DNA of 64,000 nucleotides from Chrysemys picta bellii (lineage: Eukaryota), in assembly GCF_011386835.1 (NCBI RefSeq), contig NC_088800.1, forward strand, positions 79,918,001 through 79,982,000, in the 5' to 3' direction. The translations under genes were made by a program, and so were the position numbers. Numbering within the stretch: position 1 is the stretch's first letter; the number at the start of each line of letters is the position of its first letter. Shown piece after piece: positions 46,955 to 57,300 of this stretch. The notes beneath the pieces were generated by a model. That model made no database searches. It saw nothing but the letters and a program-made list of their open reading frames with translations, and was not told the DNA's origin.

Positions 46955-47780
46955 TCCCAGTACTTCTGTTAGTCTCAAAGGTGCCACAGGACCCTCTGTT
47001 AAGTTTCATATTGTTAACTATCAATAGTCCACGCAGAGTTAAGGCTCCACATTTCAACAACATGCTAAGTTTCCTAAAGAAAGCTACTTTAACAGGCATA
47101 ACCAAGATGTTCCCTCATTTGATCAACTCCAACTAACTTGATGTGCAGAAGGGCTTAAATATCCAGAGTAAGCCACATGCAACATTTGTTACTTTGATCA
47201 ATTTTCCAAAAAATTATCAGAACATTGACAATAAGATAAAGGGAGAAAAACATGGAGGAATGGAATTCTAATGACTATACATGCATATTCTTTTGACAGT
47301 AAGGGAAAACCCTTTTACAGATAAGTTACAAAGAGAGAAGGCAAATAAACAATTTTGTACAAGAAAATTATTATGAGTTTTAGATATCTGTGGCTACTAT
47401 GAAGTGTCTGTTGGCATCTTAAACAATTGAATTCTCCTTTGCAACAGTAAGAATCCTGTTAAAACAAGTTCTGACCAGTAATGTCTGCACCAATTTGGTT
47501 GAAGTGAAGGGATCATTAAAGTAGAGGTACCCTATACAGTGGTAATACTTCTCAGTAAAATAGTTAAAGATTAATCAGTCTTATCCTTAGTCATTTGCAC
47601 TGCACATTAGACCAATTTATTATTAAATGGCGAAAGGCTTTCTAACCATCTTCATTGTACCTACCATATAGAGGGGAAAAAAGGCAAGAAGACGCACACA
47701 ATTTTCAGCACCAGAAAGTGAAAGTCTCACAATAATAAGAATATTAGCTACATAAACCAACCAACCTTAAATGTACATAT

Positions 47781-47786
47781 TTTATT
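47781..47786 (-). terminator. AATAAA polyadenylation signal of ATP5MF
   Basis: TTTATT on the + strand about 140 nt downstream of the stop. Confidence 0.65.
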
Positions 47787-47924
47787 GGTCATAGAATCTG
47801 CCTGGAATTATAACAGTACAGAATTCAGTGTGACTGGCTTATATGCCTTCATCGGGAAAAGTTGTTCCAGCAGCTGAATCCAGGTCCAGGGCTGCAACTT
47901 GCATTGCTGCAGTAAGTTAATGTT

Positions 47925-50900
47925 TCAATGATACTTCCTCCAACGCTCATGCTCTGCATCATTTAAATTAAAACAAGTCAGTTTGCTGAAGTCATAAAGA
48001 CCATTTTTAGTACTTAGGTATTTAAAGTACAGTCTAAGATTGCACTACACAGTAGGCAGTTCTTGACTACTGTTGGACAATAAAAGCAGCGAGATAATCT
48101 TTGTTCACCACTAGCACAAGTACTATTTTGTAAATTATTTAATTCCTAAATATTACCAAACGGCTAATTCATCTTCACAACTTCCGACAGGCAAGTATTA
48201 TACCCATTTTCTACATAGGTTAAAATTATTAAGTGACGGTCACAAAACTGCAGAGGCAGGGTTAGAATTTAGCTCCCTACTCCTAGTCCCATGCTCAATC
48301 TGTTAGTATGTGTCTTGTCAGCATTTCTCCGATATATAAATAAGAAAGTTAAGCACTCTCTCTCACTTTGCTTCCTCTTCCAGGAACAGTTTTTGAAATC
48401 ACCCCCCCACCCCCATAGTTCTACAGACTACACTAGTGTGCCCAACCATACAAAGTAAGGTTTTACTTACTCAAATGGTGATAGTTCCAAATGTAGCTGA
48501 CAACAACATAACCAAAAAGCACCATAGAGATACCACCGATGCCGCCTTTCTTCACACTGATGTACTTATTTAAGTATCTGACATAACCTAAATAGGGGAG
48601 AGAGTTATTTTCTTAGGTTCAGTGTCAATTATACCCTGTATACAGTTATACTTACAACTCAAAAGTCATTTTGTACAGCTACTTACTGTACCCCTTTCAA
48701 CAGAAATTCAGATGAGAAAAAACACTAGAAAATCTCTAGAAAATAGCATCTATGATCTCCAAACATACTAATGCAGTGGTTCTCAACCTATTTATCATTG
48801 TGGGCCGCATCCAATATTACCTGTATGGCTCTGAGGATGTCACATGGGCCATAGCTGTGCACTGACTGGGCTACAGGTTGAGAACCACTGTACTAATGAA
48901 ACAAGTCTACCAGAAGACAACTCATGTTAAGAAAAATAGGATAGTATTAGCTTTAGACTCATGTATGGAACGGAATAAGAGTGACTCAGTATCTTGTTTC
49001 AAGCCAGATACTACTGAGACTTTCATGAGAGCAAAGTTGTTTCTCCAGTTATTCAATTTTTAAAAGAACTATATGCTCTGTCTACCGAACTACGACTAGT
49101 CAAGAATACTTGAGCTCATTGGAAGCTTCATGTGTTTAAAGATATCTGAAGATGCATATGGCACCTACATAAACCATGAAGTTACAACAGAAGTACAGTA
49201 TTTAGAAATTGCTTAGTCCTTAGGGTTTTTGCAAAATTGTTACTGAATTTTATTAGACTTTGTATTATGTTAATCTCTACCAAAAACCTTGTTTCTTTCC
49301 AAACCATTGCCACCTAAAATTATACATTTTATTTGCCTCTTGTGATATGAAAAAAAGTACTGATTGTTTATTTTAAGCACATCAATTCAGGTCCCACACA
49401 CTCATTTTAAGGAATAAGCAGGCCATTTTACTGACGTAAAACTTCTAAAAGATTTATTTATCTATATGTAAACTGAAAGCATATTAAACCTCTGAACAGG
49501 CTGACAAAGCAACCCTAATGAATTCAAACACATTCATAAGAACAGAACAATATACTATAAAAGGCAACATTTCTGTGCCTGTTTTAGGAACATAAGAATT
49601 GCCATATTGAATTACATCAGTGGGCCATCTAGTCTGGTATTCTGTCATCAATGGCCAGTACCAGCTGCTTCAGAAGCAGCACCAGGCAATTATGGGATAA
49701 CCCGTCCCCAAGGAAAACTTTCTGCCTAGCCCCTGCAATAATTAGAGGTTGGCTTATGCGCCAAAGTTTCTTCCTCACAGGAAGGATGGTGACAGTATAT
49801 TTAAATATGTGCATAGTGCTGGTCAGCCTCAGTAGGGGAGATGCTTCCACTTCCTTAATGAGGGGCAGCATTCCCCACCGAGGATAGGTCTACGCTTGCG
49901 GTGGCATGCAGGGTACAGAAGCTGCACACCCAGCTAGCACCGGTATAAACAACAACATAGACAATGAGGCACAGCGTTGGCAAGTAGGGTCGAGTACCCT
50001 ACATGCCTGAACTCTAGGGTATATGCCCTACGTGGCGCTCTACAAGTCCAAGCAGTGCCGCTGCCACAGTGAAACTCCAGCAGCAGGCAAAGGCAGGAGC
50101 TGCCAGAGCCTTTCCTCACTGCCTCCCCCTCGCTAGAACTCTTCGTTGCCATGCGTATCTACACACTGCAGCGAGTGTGGATGCAGGCTGTTTTTCACCG
50201 TGATGGGTAGACAAGGTCGAAGTTTGAGAGGAGTGGGGGATGGGTGGGGCAGATTTAAATTTTATTAGAGAATATTTAAAAAGTAAACAATACAGAAAAT
50301 TTGAAGCGTCAGTTATTGGTCATTGGGGGCAACATACAGAGTATAGGGGTATGTTGGTGTTTTGGGGTTGGGCAGCACACATAGTATATACAGACTGCAA
50401 TGTCCCCAATGAGGGGTGGGTAACCGGTGGGCGGGATCAGGAAACAGTCGATAAGCGGTGAGGGTCTATCACCCATACGGGAAGTAGAGACAGTCATGGG
50501 TATAAGTAAGCGGGCTGGGTAATGGGGATGGGGTGACCCTCACGTGGTGGGATTCAGCTAGGTTTGGTGGGTTCAGGGCTCAGGGGATAGAGTCCAGCAG
50601 GGGGTGTGTGTGGGTGCACTACCACTTAGTTCTCCCCAGTGAAGCCAGACATGGCCATTTAGGCCCAGATCCTGCAGTCGGCTCTGAGCAGGATCTGAGA
50701 ACGTGTGCAAGGTTAGGATATGTGGACAGGATCTAGAGGGCAGGGCAGCTCCACATCTGTCCTCGCCGTCACTAGCACTTGGCCTTACCCTTTACCAAGG
50801 CTACCCCTGCCGGCTCATGGGGCAGACTCACCTCTTCGCACAGCCCCAGTCAGCCCGGAGGGGGTGAAATCCCGCATTGCAATCCAGCTGGGCAGCTGGC

Positions 50901-51374
50901 CCAGCTTCACGTCCAGGAGCCTGGTGTCTTTGAGAGGAACTGAGACACAGAGAAAGCCCGTCACTGCCCGTTTGTCGGGGAATAGCTGCAGCACAGGGAC
51001 ACGGACAGCTCCCCCCACCCCCCGGGGGGGACAGGCACGGAGAGAATCACATTGGAGGGGAGCGTATCCGAGAGGTGAGCAAGGCTCTCCGGGGGGATGG
51101 GCAGTGAAGCGGGGGCAGGGATCCTGGGGGTGTGGGGATGGGCATAGAGGGCGCGGGGGCAGGGGAGGGCCAGGCACTGGAGGGAGGGAATCCTGGGGGC
51201 ATGGGGTGGGCAGGACCGCGCCCGGGGCGTCCCTTTTGGGGGGAAGGGGTCACGCTGCGGAGGCCGGGCTAGGGCCAGAGGCGCCCCGCAGGCCCTGGAC
51301 CAGGGGCTGGGCGGGAACCAGTCTCCGGTCACCTTGGAGCCCCCGGGGCCGCACTCACCGAGCCGGTCCGCCAT
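47925..51374 (-). CDS. ATP5MF: ATP synthase membrane subunit f (ATP5J2), 89 aa, 4 exons
   Basis: complement join(51359-51374,50832-50939,48471-48587,47925-47953) = 270 nt. Reads MADRLVPLKDTRLLDVKLGQLPSWIAMRDFTPSG...KYISVKKGGIGG...KHERWRKYH*. Confidence 0.97.
48774..48890. mobile_element. Short hAT (Charlie-like) MITE in ATP5MF intron 2
   Basis: TIR CAGTGGTTCTCAACC / GGTTGAGAACCACTG; perfect 8-bp TSD TACTAATG (48766-48773 and 48891-48898). Confidence 0.92.
49589..49790 (-). mobile_element. CR1 3' fragment
   Basis: AACATAAGAATTGCCATA tail and a CR1 3' UTR-like body; ends approximate. Confidence 0.7.
49881..50218. mobile_element. Old Harbinger-like MITE
   Basis: Degenerate GGTCTAC... and ...GTAGACAAGG termini. 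Confidence 0.35.
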
Positions 51375-51560
51375 CTTGCAACTGCGCGGGGTGTCGGTGC
51401 GCAAGAGAGGAAGACGGGCAGAACGTGGCGCTGAGACTCACGGGAGGAAGGGCTCAGAAGCCGGAAGTGAGGCAGCCGTTGCCGGCGTGGGCGGGGCGCC
51501 ATGATAGGGAGGGCGGGGTTGGCTGGCTCCGAGCCACGTGCGAGCAGGCCCTCCCCCGCG
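51368..51560 (-). promoter_or_regulatory. ATP5MF CpG-island promoter
   Basis: YY1-type CCGCCATCTT overlapping the start codon (51368-51377), GABP/ETS CCGGAAGTG (51461-51469), GC box and CACGTG E-box. This motif set is typical of nuclear OXPHOS genes. Confidence 0.7.
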
Positions 51561-51699
51561 TGTCACGTGCAAGGCGACACCCCCTCGTGTGAACAGACCA
51601 CCCACGTGTCACGTTCAAGGCGACACCCCCTCGTGTGAACAGACCACCCGCGTGTCATGTGCAAGAGACACCCCTGTGAACAGACCCGGGCGTGTCACC
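51559..51699. repeat. 46-bp tandem repeat (about 3.2 copies) just upstream of ATP5MF
   Basis: Units start at 51559, 51605, 51651 and 51691: CGTGTCACGTGCAAGGCGACACCCCCTCGTGTGAACAGACCACCC. Confidence 0.9.
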
Positions 51700-52167
51700 T
51701 CACTTCCCGGGGCTCTGCACCCCACACACGGGGCCACTCTGTGCTCTCTGGCGCGGCCTTTATTTGATGCCTGACACTCAGCAGGACTTTTCCCCAAATG
51801 TTACCCCGCCCGGTGTTGTGTCTCTGTGGGAACGGCTCCATTTTGCATTCAGGGTTGGCGTCCCCATCCCGGGACTCAATGCCTTGTATCAAACTGACAT
51901 CACTTTTCATGAAAATATCATGACCTAGGGATGCAAGATGAGGGAATCATGTGAAAACGTAGTGACTTGTGGTGACATATGATAACATCTTTGACCCGGG
52001 ACCAAGCGGTATCACGCTGCACCGGAATGTCTGCACAGTGCATCTGTACATCATCGTGCAGAGAGGCAGCATGAGGACTTCAGTGCTGAACTGATGCAAT
52101 GCAATGATTTTTGTATGCAAATAAGATCAAGTCACACGCAATATCGCCTAGCATCTCAAGGCAAAGA

Positions 52168-52320
52168 CATAGAAACATAGGAATTGCCAGGCTGGATCAG
52201 ACCCAAGGTCCATTCTGGTCCAATGTCCTGCTGCTGATAGCGGCCAATACCAGATGCTTCAGTGGAAGATGTAAGAACCCTGCACTAGGCAAATGTGGGA
52301 AACTCTATCCCCCAAATTAA
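52168..52320 (-). mobile_element. CR1 3' fragment abutting, and probably interrupted by, a Harbinger MITE
   Basis: CATAGAAACATAGGAATTGCCAGGCTGGATCAGACC tail and UTR. Confidence 0.75.
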
Positions 52321-52578
52321 GGGCTTGTCTACACTTACCGGGGGATCGATGAGCGATGCATCTGCTAAATCGACCACAGATCACTCTCCTGTCGACCACT
52401 GTACTCCACCGGATCGAGAAGAGTAGGGTGAGTCGACGGGAGAGCGTCTCCCGTTGACATCCCATAGTGTTGGCCCCCGCGGTAAGTAGATCTAAGCTAC
52501 GTCGATTTGAGTTACGCTAGTCACGTAACTCAAATTGCATAGCTTAGATCGAATTTTCCCTGTGGTATAGACAAGGCC
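52321..52578. mobile_element. PIF/Harbinger MITE
   Basis: Termini GGGCTTGTCTACACT / GTATAGACAAGGCC; TAA/CAA TSD; internal similarity to the 15276 and 37006 copies. Confidence 0.82.
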
Positions 52579-53235
52579 CAAGTCTCATCATCATGGAACC
52601 TAACAGAAAATAGCTTAATACATGAGATTTAATATCCCTTCCAAAACTTATCAAATATGATACAGTAGAACCTCAATTTTATGAACACCAATTTTATGAA
52701 TAAATATGAAAAAATTTTCCTGTGGGAGAAAAACAGTAATCACAAAATAAAAGTGATGCTGATGAAGACCAAGTAAACATCCCTTAACATTCCAGTGCCC
52801 TTAGTGCATTAGAAATCACTTTGGAGTGTTTTGAAGGACAAGAAGAAAACAATGCAGCGCACCGTACTGCAACTTATGCACCGTGCACCGTATCTTCTGT
52901 AATTTTGAGATGTTCTATTTTATTCATGTTTTGATCCTCCGTTAGTTTGTAAAATAAGGGGTCTATTATACCTCTGGATAGTCTTGTTATCCATGTAAAG
53001 GTCCAGACCCTTTTATAATCCTGTTAAGTTTTTGGCTTCAATTACTTCCTGTGGCAATGAATTCTGTATCATGTCAGAACATCTTTGTTCATGAAAACAT
53101 CACGTAGCAATGCACCATCATCACTTCATGTCTGGCCATCATCAAGGCACATGAGTGTTCCCAAGGAACAATGCAGTGTGAGGACACTGAATCCGAATGA
53201 CATTATGTCATGTGAAAACATCACATGGGTTAGAC

Positions 53236-53405
53236 CAGTGGTTCTCAATCTATTTACCATTGTGGGCTGCATATGCAGCTCTCTATGTGTTATGTGGGCT
53301 GCATCCACACAATATATATACTACCTGTGTGGCCCTGAGGATGTCACATGGGCCAGAGCTGTGTGCTGATTGGGCTGCAAGTGGCCCACGGGTTGAGAAC
53401 CATTG
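53236..53405. mobile_element. hAT MITE, same family as 48774-48890
   Basis: TIR CAGTGGTTCTCAA / GGTTGAGAACCATTG and shared internal CTGAGGATGTCACATGGGCC; TSD not preserved. Confidence 0.8.
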
Positions 53406-54316
53406 TCCTGTCATGGGAGAATGTTACATGATGTCCAAAGGGCAGCGCCACATGATGAAGTTACATGAGATTGTCGCCACATTATATCAGAACTTTGCAG
53501 TGTAATAATGTTTCACAACCCTCCCAAAAGTTATTTGGTGTTAGCTAATGTCTTGCAAGTGACATTTCCAGGATGTGGGATCAGTGCAACAAAAAGAGGA
53601 CGATCCTCGCACTGTCAGCTCAGATGATATCAGGAGTCTAAGGGCTGGAGAGGGAAAAACCCAGAGCTCTTTCTCTTTTACCATTTCAGAGATACTAGAG
53701 AGTTGGAGGGGTTGATCTTTTTTTCTAGCTATGTTCCTCCAGTGTTTCTTAATGTTTCTGAAGCTGAGGACCCACTACTTCCTTCCTCACCCAAAACAGT
53801 GTGCATCTAAAATATGTTAATTTTATTCTGGAACAAGCCTGTCACTGCAGAACCTCCAAACTATTTCTGGGCCCTTTCTGGGGTCATGGATTTTGGTTTG
53901 TAATTAGCATCTGCCTCTATCCTCCTACTCCTGTTTCTGTTCCCCACACGTCTGTGCTCTCGCCACATCCCCCGTCTGTCTCAGGATTGTATCTTACAGT
54001 GTGGTCTCCAATGCTGTGTATGCTCTGCTGTTAAATTACTTATAGGATGAAGGGGGTGAGTTAGGCCCCTAGCTTTTCCTATACTAGTGATTATGTGTCA
54101 AGTGAAAAATGAATCACGTGGTCCCATCTTAGTCCCGTTTGGGCTTTTTTTTTACATGTCAAAACCATCCCACCCTTCAGCACCACAGGCGAAAGCGGCC
54201 AAGGACTAGTACAGCAGTTAGTTGTAACTAAGAACTGCTATGCCATTGTATAGGCAGAAGCGTGTAAGGATAGTTAGCATATTACCTGCAGGAACTGTGC
54301 CTTGCTGTGATGAGTG

Positions 54317-57300
54317 CTATTTCCTCATTTCCATAAATATTAACAGAGCATCCAGATTTGTTTCATGTTTAATTTTCTTTGCCCATGAGTCACTATTGGG
54401 GTCCCTGGGCATGTGTGGGCTGGGCAGCAAGGAGATCTCTTTATGCAGAAGGGAGGGAGGGATTCTGAAAAACTAGATATGATTAAATGAATGATCATTT
54501 TAACAAGTAGAAAACCCCAGCAGGTGTCAGCCTTGCTTAGCAGAACTGTTCATCTAGAAATAATCTCTACATTAGCCCGACCTCTAGAGGTTTTAAAACG
54601 ACATAATTCAAACTCATGAACTAAGCGTTGGGTTTTCTATGAAAGCAAAATGATACGGCAGGAAACAGAGACTAGCCGTCCACCGGTGCCTCTGGAGCGC
54701 CAGAGAAGTCCCAAGTTTTGCTCCCACTTATTCTGATAATACTATTCTACAGTTTAATAGACTTTATCCTCAGGGGTTCTACATGTTCGGCTCATATTTT
54801 GCCTTAATCAGTTTCTTAACTTAGAAGCATGCTCTCTCCCTTAAATAAGAAAACGGATGGAATAGATTAATGCCAGTTATTTTCTTTTACTTATTAGTAG
54901 GAATCAGTATTAGTAAAATGTAATGTGCTCATTCAGTTAAAGGAATTATTCCTCCCCAATTCTCTGTTAAATGAGTTAAAAATCCTTCGATTAAATTAAG
55001 TTTTATTTTATTATTGCACTTACCGGTAATGTTTTTTTATTGCAAAAGTGGCCCCTGACGAACTCTCATATGGCCTTTTTCTTGTATTGCTAGACTCTAT
55101 AGGCTCCGTCCTGCTTCCCTTCCTGAGGCATGTAGTCCTGTTGTCTGAAATGGGACTATTCATGTGAGCAAGGATCATTTGCAGGGGGGAAATCTGTAGG
55201 GTCAGGTCCCTGTTCTCAAGCAGTTCCTTTCCTGTGGAAAAGTGCCTGGCACTGTGCAAAGAAGATAATGTCAGGCTGGTGGAAATTAGGGGTGGAATTT
55301 AAATCAGCTTTTCTTTTTTTAAGTCTCCAATACAGGTTCACTTAGACAGCAGTGATCTAACCCCTGATAAGAACTGTCCACCTTCTTTTAGACTAGAGTA
55401 AGAGTAGAGATAGTCGCTGATTAGGCCCAGAGCCTTAAATTAGGTTCCTAACTTCCATGGAAATCAATCAGAGGTAGGTGCCTAAATAAGTTTTGAGGAG
55501 CTGAGTTTTAGTCTTTATACAACCTCAACCCTGAGCGGAGCACAATATTTAACTGATGTAAGTATGTGCAGTGGATCTGTGACACATAATAGCCTACTGA
55601 AGTGCTACCCCGAGGCTTTCACTCATTTCTCCGGGGACCTCCTAAATGGTGGGAAGTTACTTCACAAGTAATCGCATGGAAACACCAGGGATTTCATCTT
55701 TCAAATATACAGAGTGTTTTGTAAAAGAATTCAGTGAATGCTATGGACATTGCCTAGGGAGGTTGTGGAATCTCCATCTCTGGAGATATTTAAGAGTAGG
55801 TTAGATAAATGTCTATCAGGGATGGTCTAGACAGTATTTGGTCCTGCCATGCAGGCAGGGGACTGGACTCAATGACCTCTCGAGGTCCCTTCCAGTCCTA
55901 GAATCTATGAATCTATGAATTTTTCTTTTTATGTAGCATCCTTGATTCACAGTATTACAGTATGCTTCATTGGGAAAGCCAATTGTAAGCTAAAGAGTAA
56001 TGACAGAGGCGGATTATGGTTTTGTGGAACCCTGGGCCAGAGCAAGTGGGGGCCCCTCCCGACCCCTTCCGCCTGCAGTCCGCTCCTGCTGGGGAAATGA
56101 GGTCGGGGCGCGGGGGCTTGCCCCGCCCGGTGCTCCTGCCAGGGAGCGGGAGAAGCCCCGCAGGAGCGCCGGGTGGGCGGAGCAGATCGGGGCATGTCAG
56201 AGACCATTTTTCCAGGGCCCCTGAATTGGCAGGGGCCCCTGGGCATGGGCCTCATTGGCCCAGGGGCTAATCTGCCACTGAGTAAAGAAAGGTTTTATAG
56301 CCAGACGAATAAGAAGTAGTTTAAAATTAATGTTTGTACAGTGCCTAGCACAAAGGAGTCCTGGTCCTATGTGCTATGGTAATACAAATAATAATAATAA
56401 TCTTCTTGTGCCTTGTAAAATATTTTGAGATTCTTGGATGATGAGCGCTACAGAATATTATTACTGTATTACTGATGTAGCAGAATGTTTGCATAAATCA
56501 AACCAATCCAAACTGTAAAGGGTCCACATACTTAGCTTTTATCATACAGTAATGATACTTTGCATTCCTCTAGCTCCTTCCCTCTGAGGTCCTCAAAGCA
56601 CTTTACAAACATTAATGAATTAAGGTAGGTAAGGGATATATGAGGACCCCTCCATCCACTGCTATAATGCAGCAGTTTAGCAACACATAGCAGCACTGCT
56701 TAACAATAAGGACAGGAAGTAAAGAAGACTACCACAGCTAACTGAAACTGCAGAGAGAATTCAAGCAGGCAGATTGCAATTATCTGTATTGGAATTTGGT
56801 CAGGACACAAGGATTAATTTCCTACGCTAACAAAAAGTACTATGGGATCTTCAATGGCCATGGTGATCAGACACTCAGTTTTAATCATATCCAGAAGACT
56901 GTCCCCTCACCTAACACCTTAATGGACAATTGGTTTACCAATGACTACAGGGGAGGGTACCGCTTAACGAATTGCTACCACAACTCCCTAGAACAGGAAG
57001 ATGTTACCTGCAGGTCTCCTAGCCAAGTAGTGATGCAACCCAATCCTACTTATCTTTTGAGATCTCGAGGCAACCACAGCAGATGATAGCTTGGCTGCAG
57101 GCATAGTGGTAAGGTTGGTGCACACAGGGCATGCAAAATATCAGCAGCCAGCACAACCTGCACTTCGCTATCATTAATGTTTCCTTAGAGTTGCTGCCCT
57201 GGCAAGCCCTCATATCCTGGGGCCTCTTCCTCTTCTCTCTTTTGGTCTGAGGCTCTTTGCCAGTTGGGGTTTTCCCTAAGATGAAAAGGAAGAAGAGGAA

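Larger units (their letters stand above)
45704..47000. mobile_element. Composite element: inverted Penelope-like termini enclosing a Gypsy gag-pro fragment
   Basis: TSD TTAAGTTTCATATT (45690-45703 and 46999-47012). Arms 45742-46029 and 46713-47000 are exact reverse complements (288 bp) and encode a GIY-YIG-type C-terminus (LQFICKFDTIRSGLN). The left arm has an extra 38-nt terminal tail (45704-45741). Confidence 0.9.

Noticed and set aside
51333-51358. Possible downstream alternative donor in ATP5MF exon 1, like the human GECPAP-extended isoform
   Set aside because: The next plausible donor (AAG|GTGACC) adds 26 nt, which is not a multiple of 3, so it is out of frame with exon 2.
50720-51592. 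290-aa plus-strand ORF
   Set aside because: Antisense to ATP5MF exons 1-2 across a CpG island; low complexity, no domain.
51559-51699. CRISPR-like repeat array
   Set aside because: The units are contiguous tandem copies with no unique spacers, in a vertebrate genome with no cas genes.
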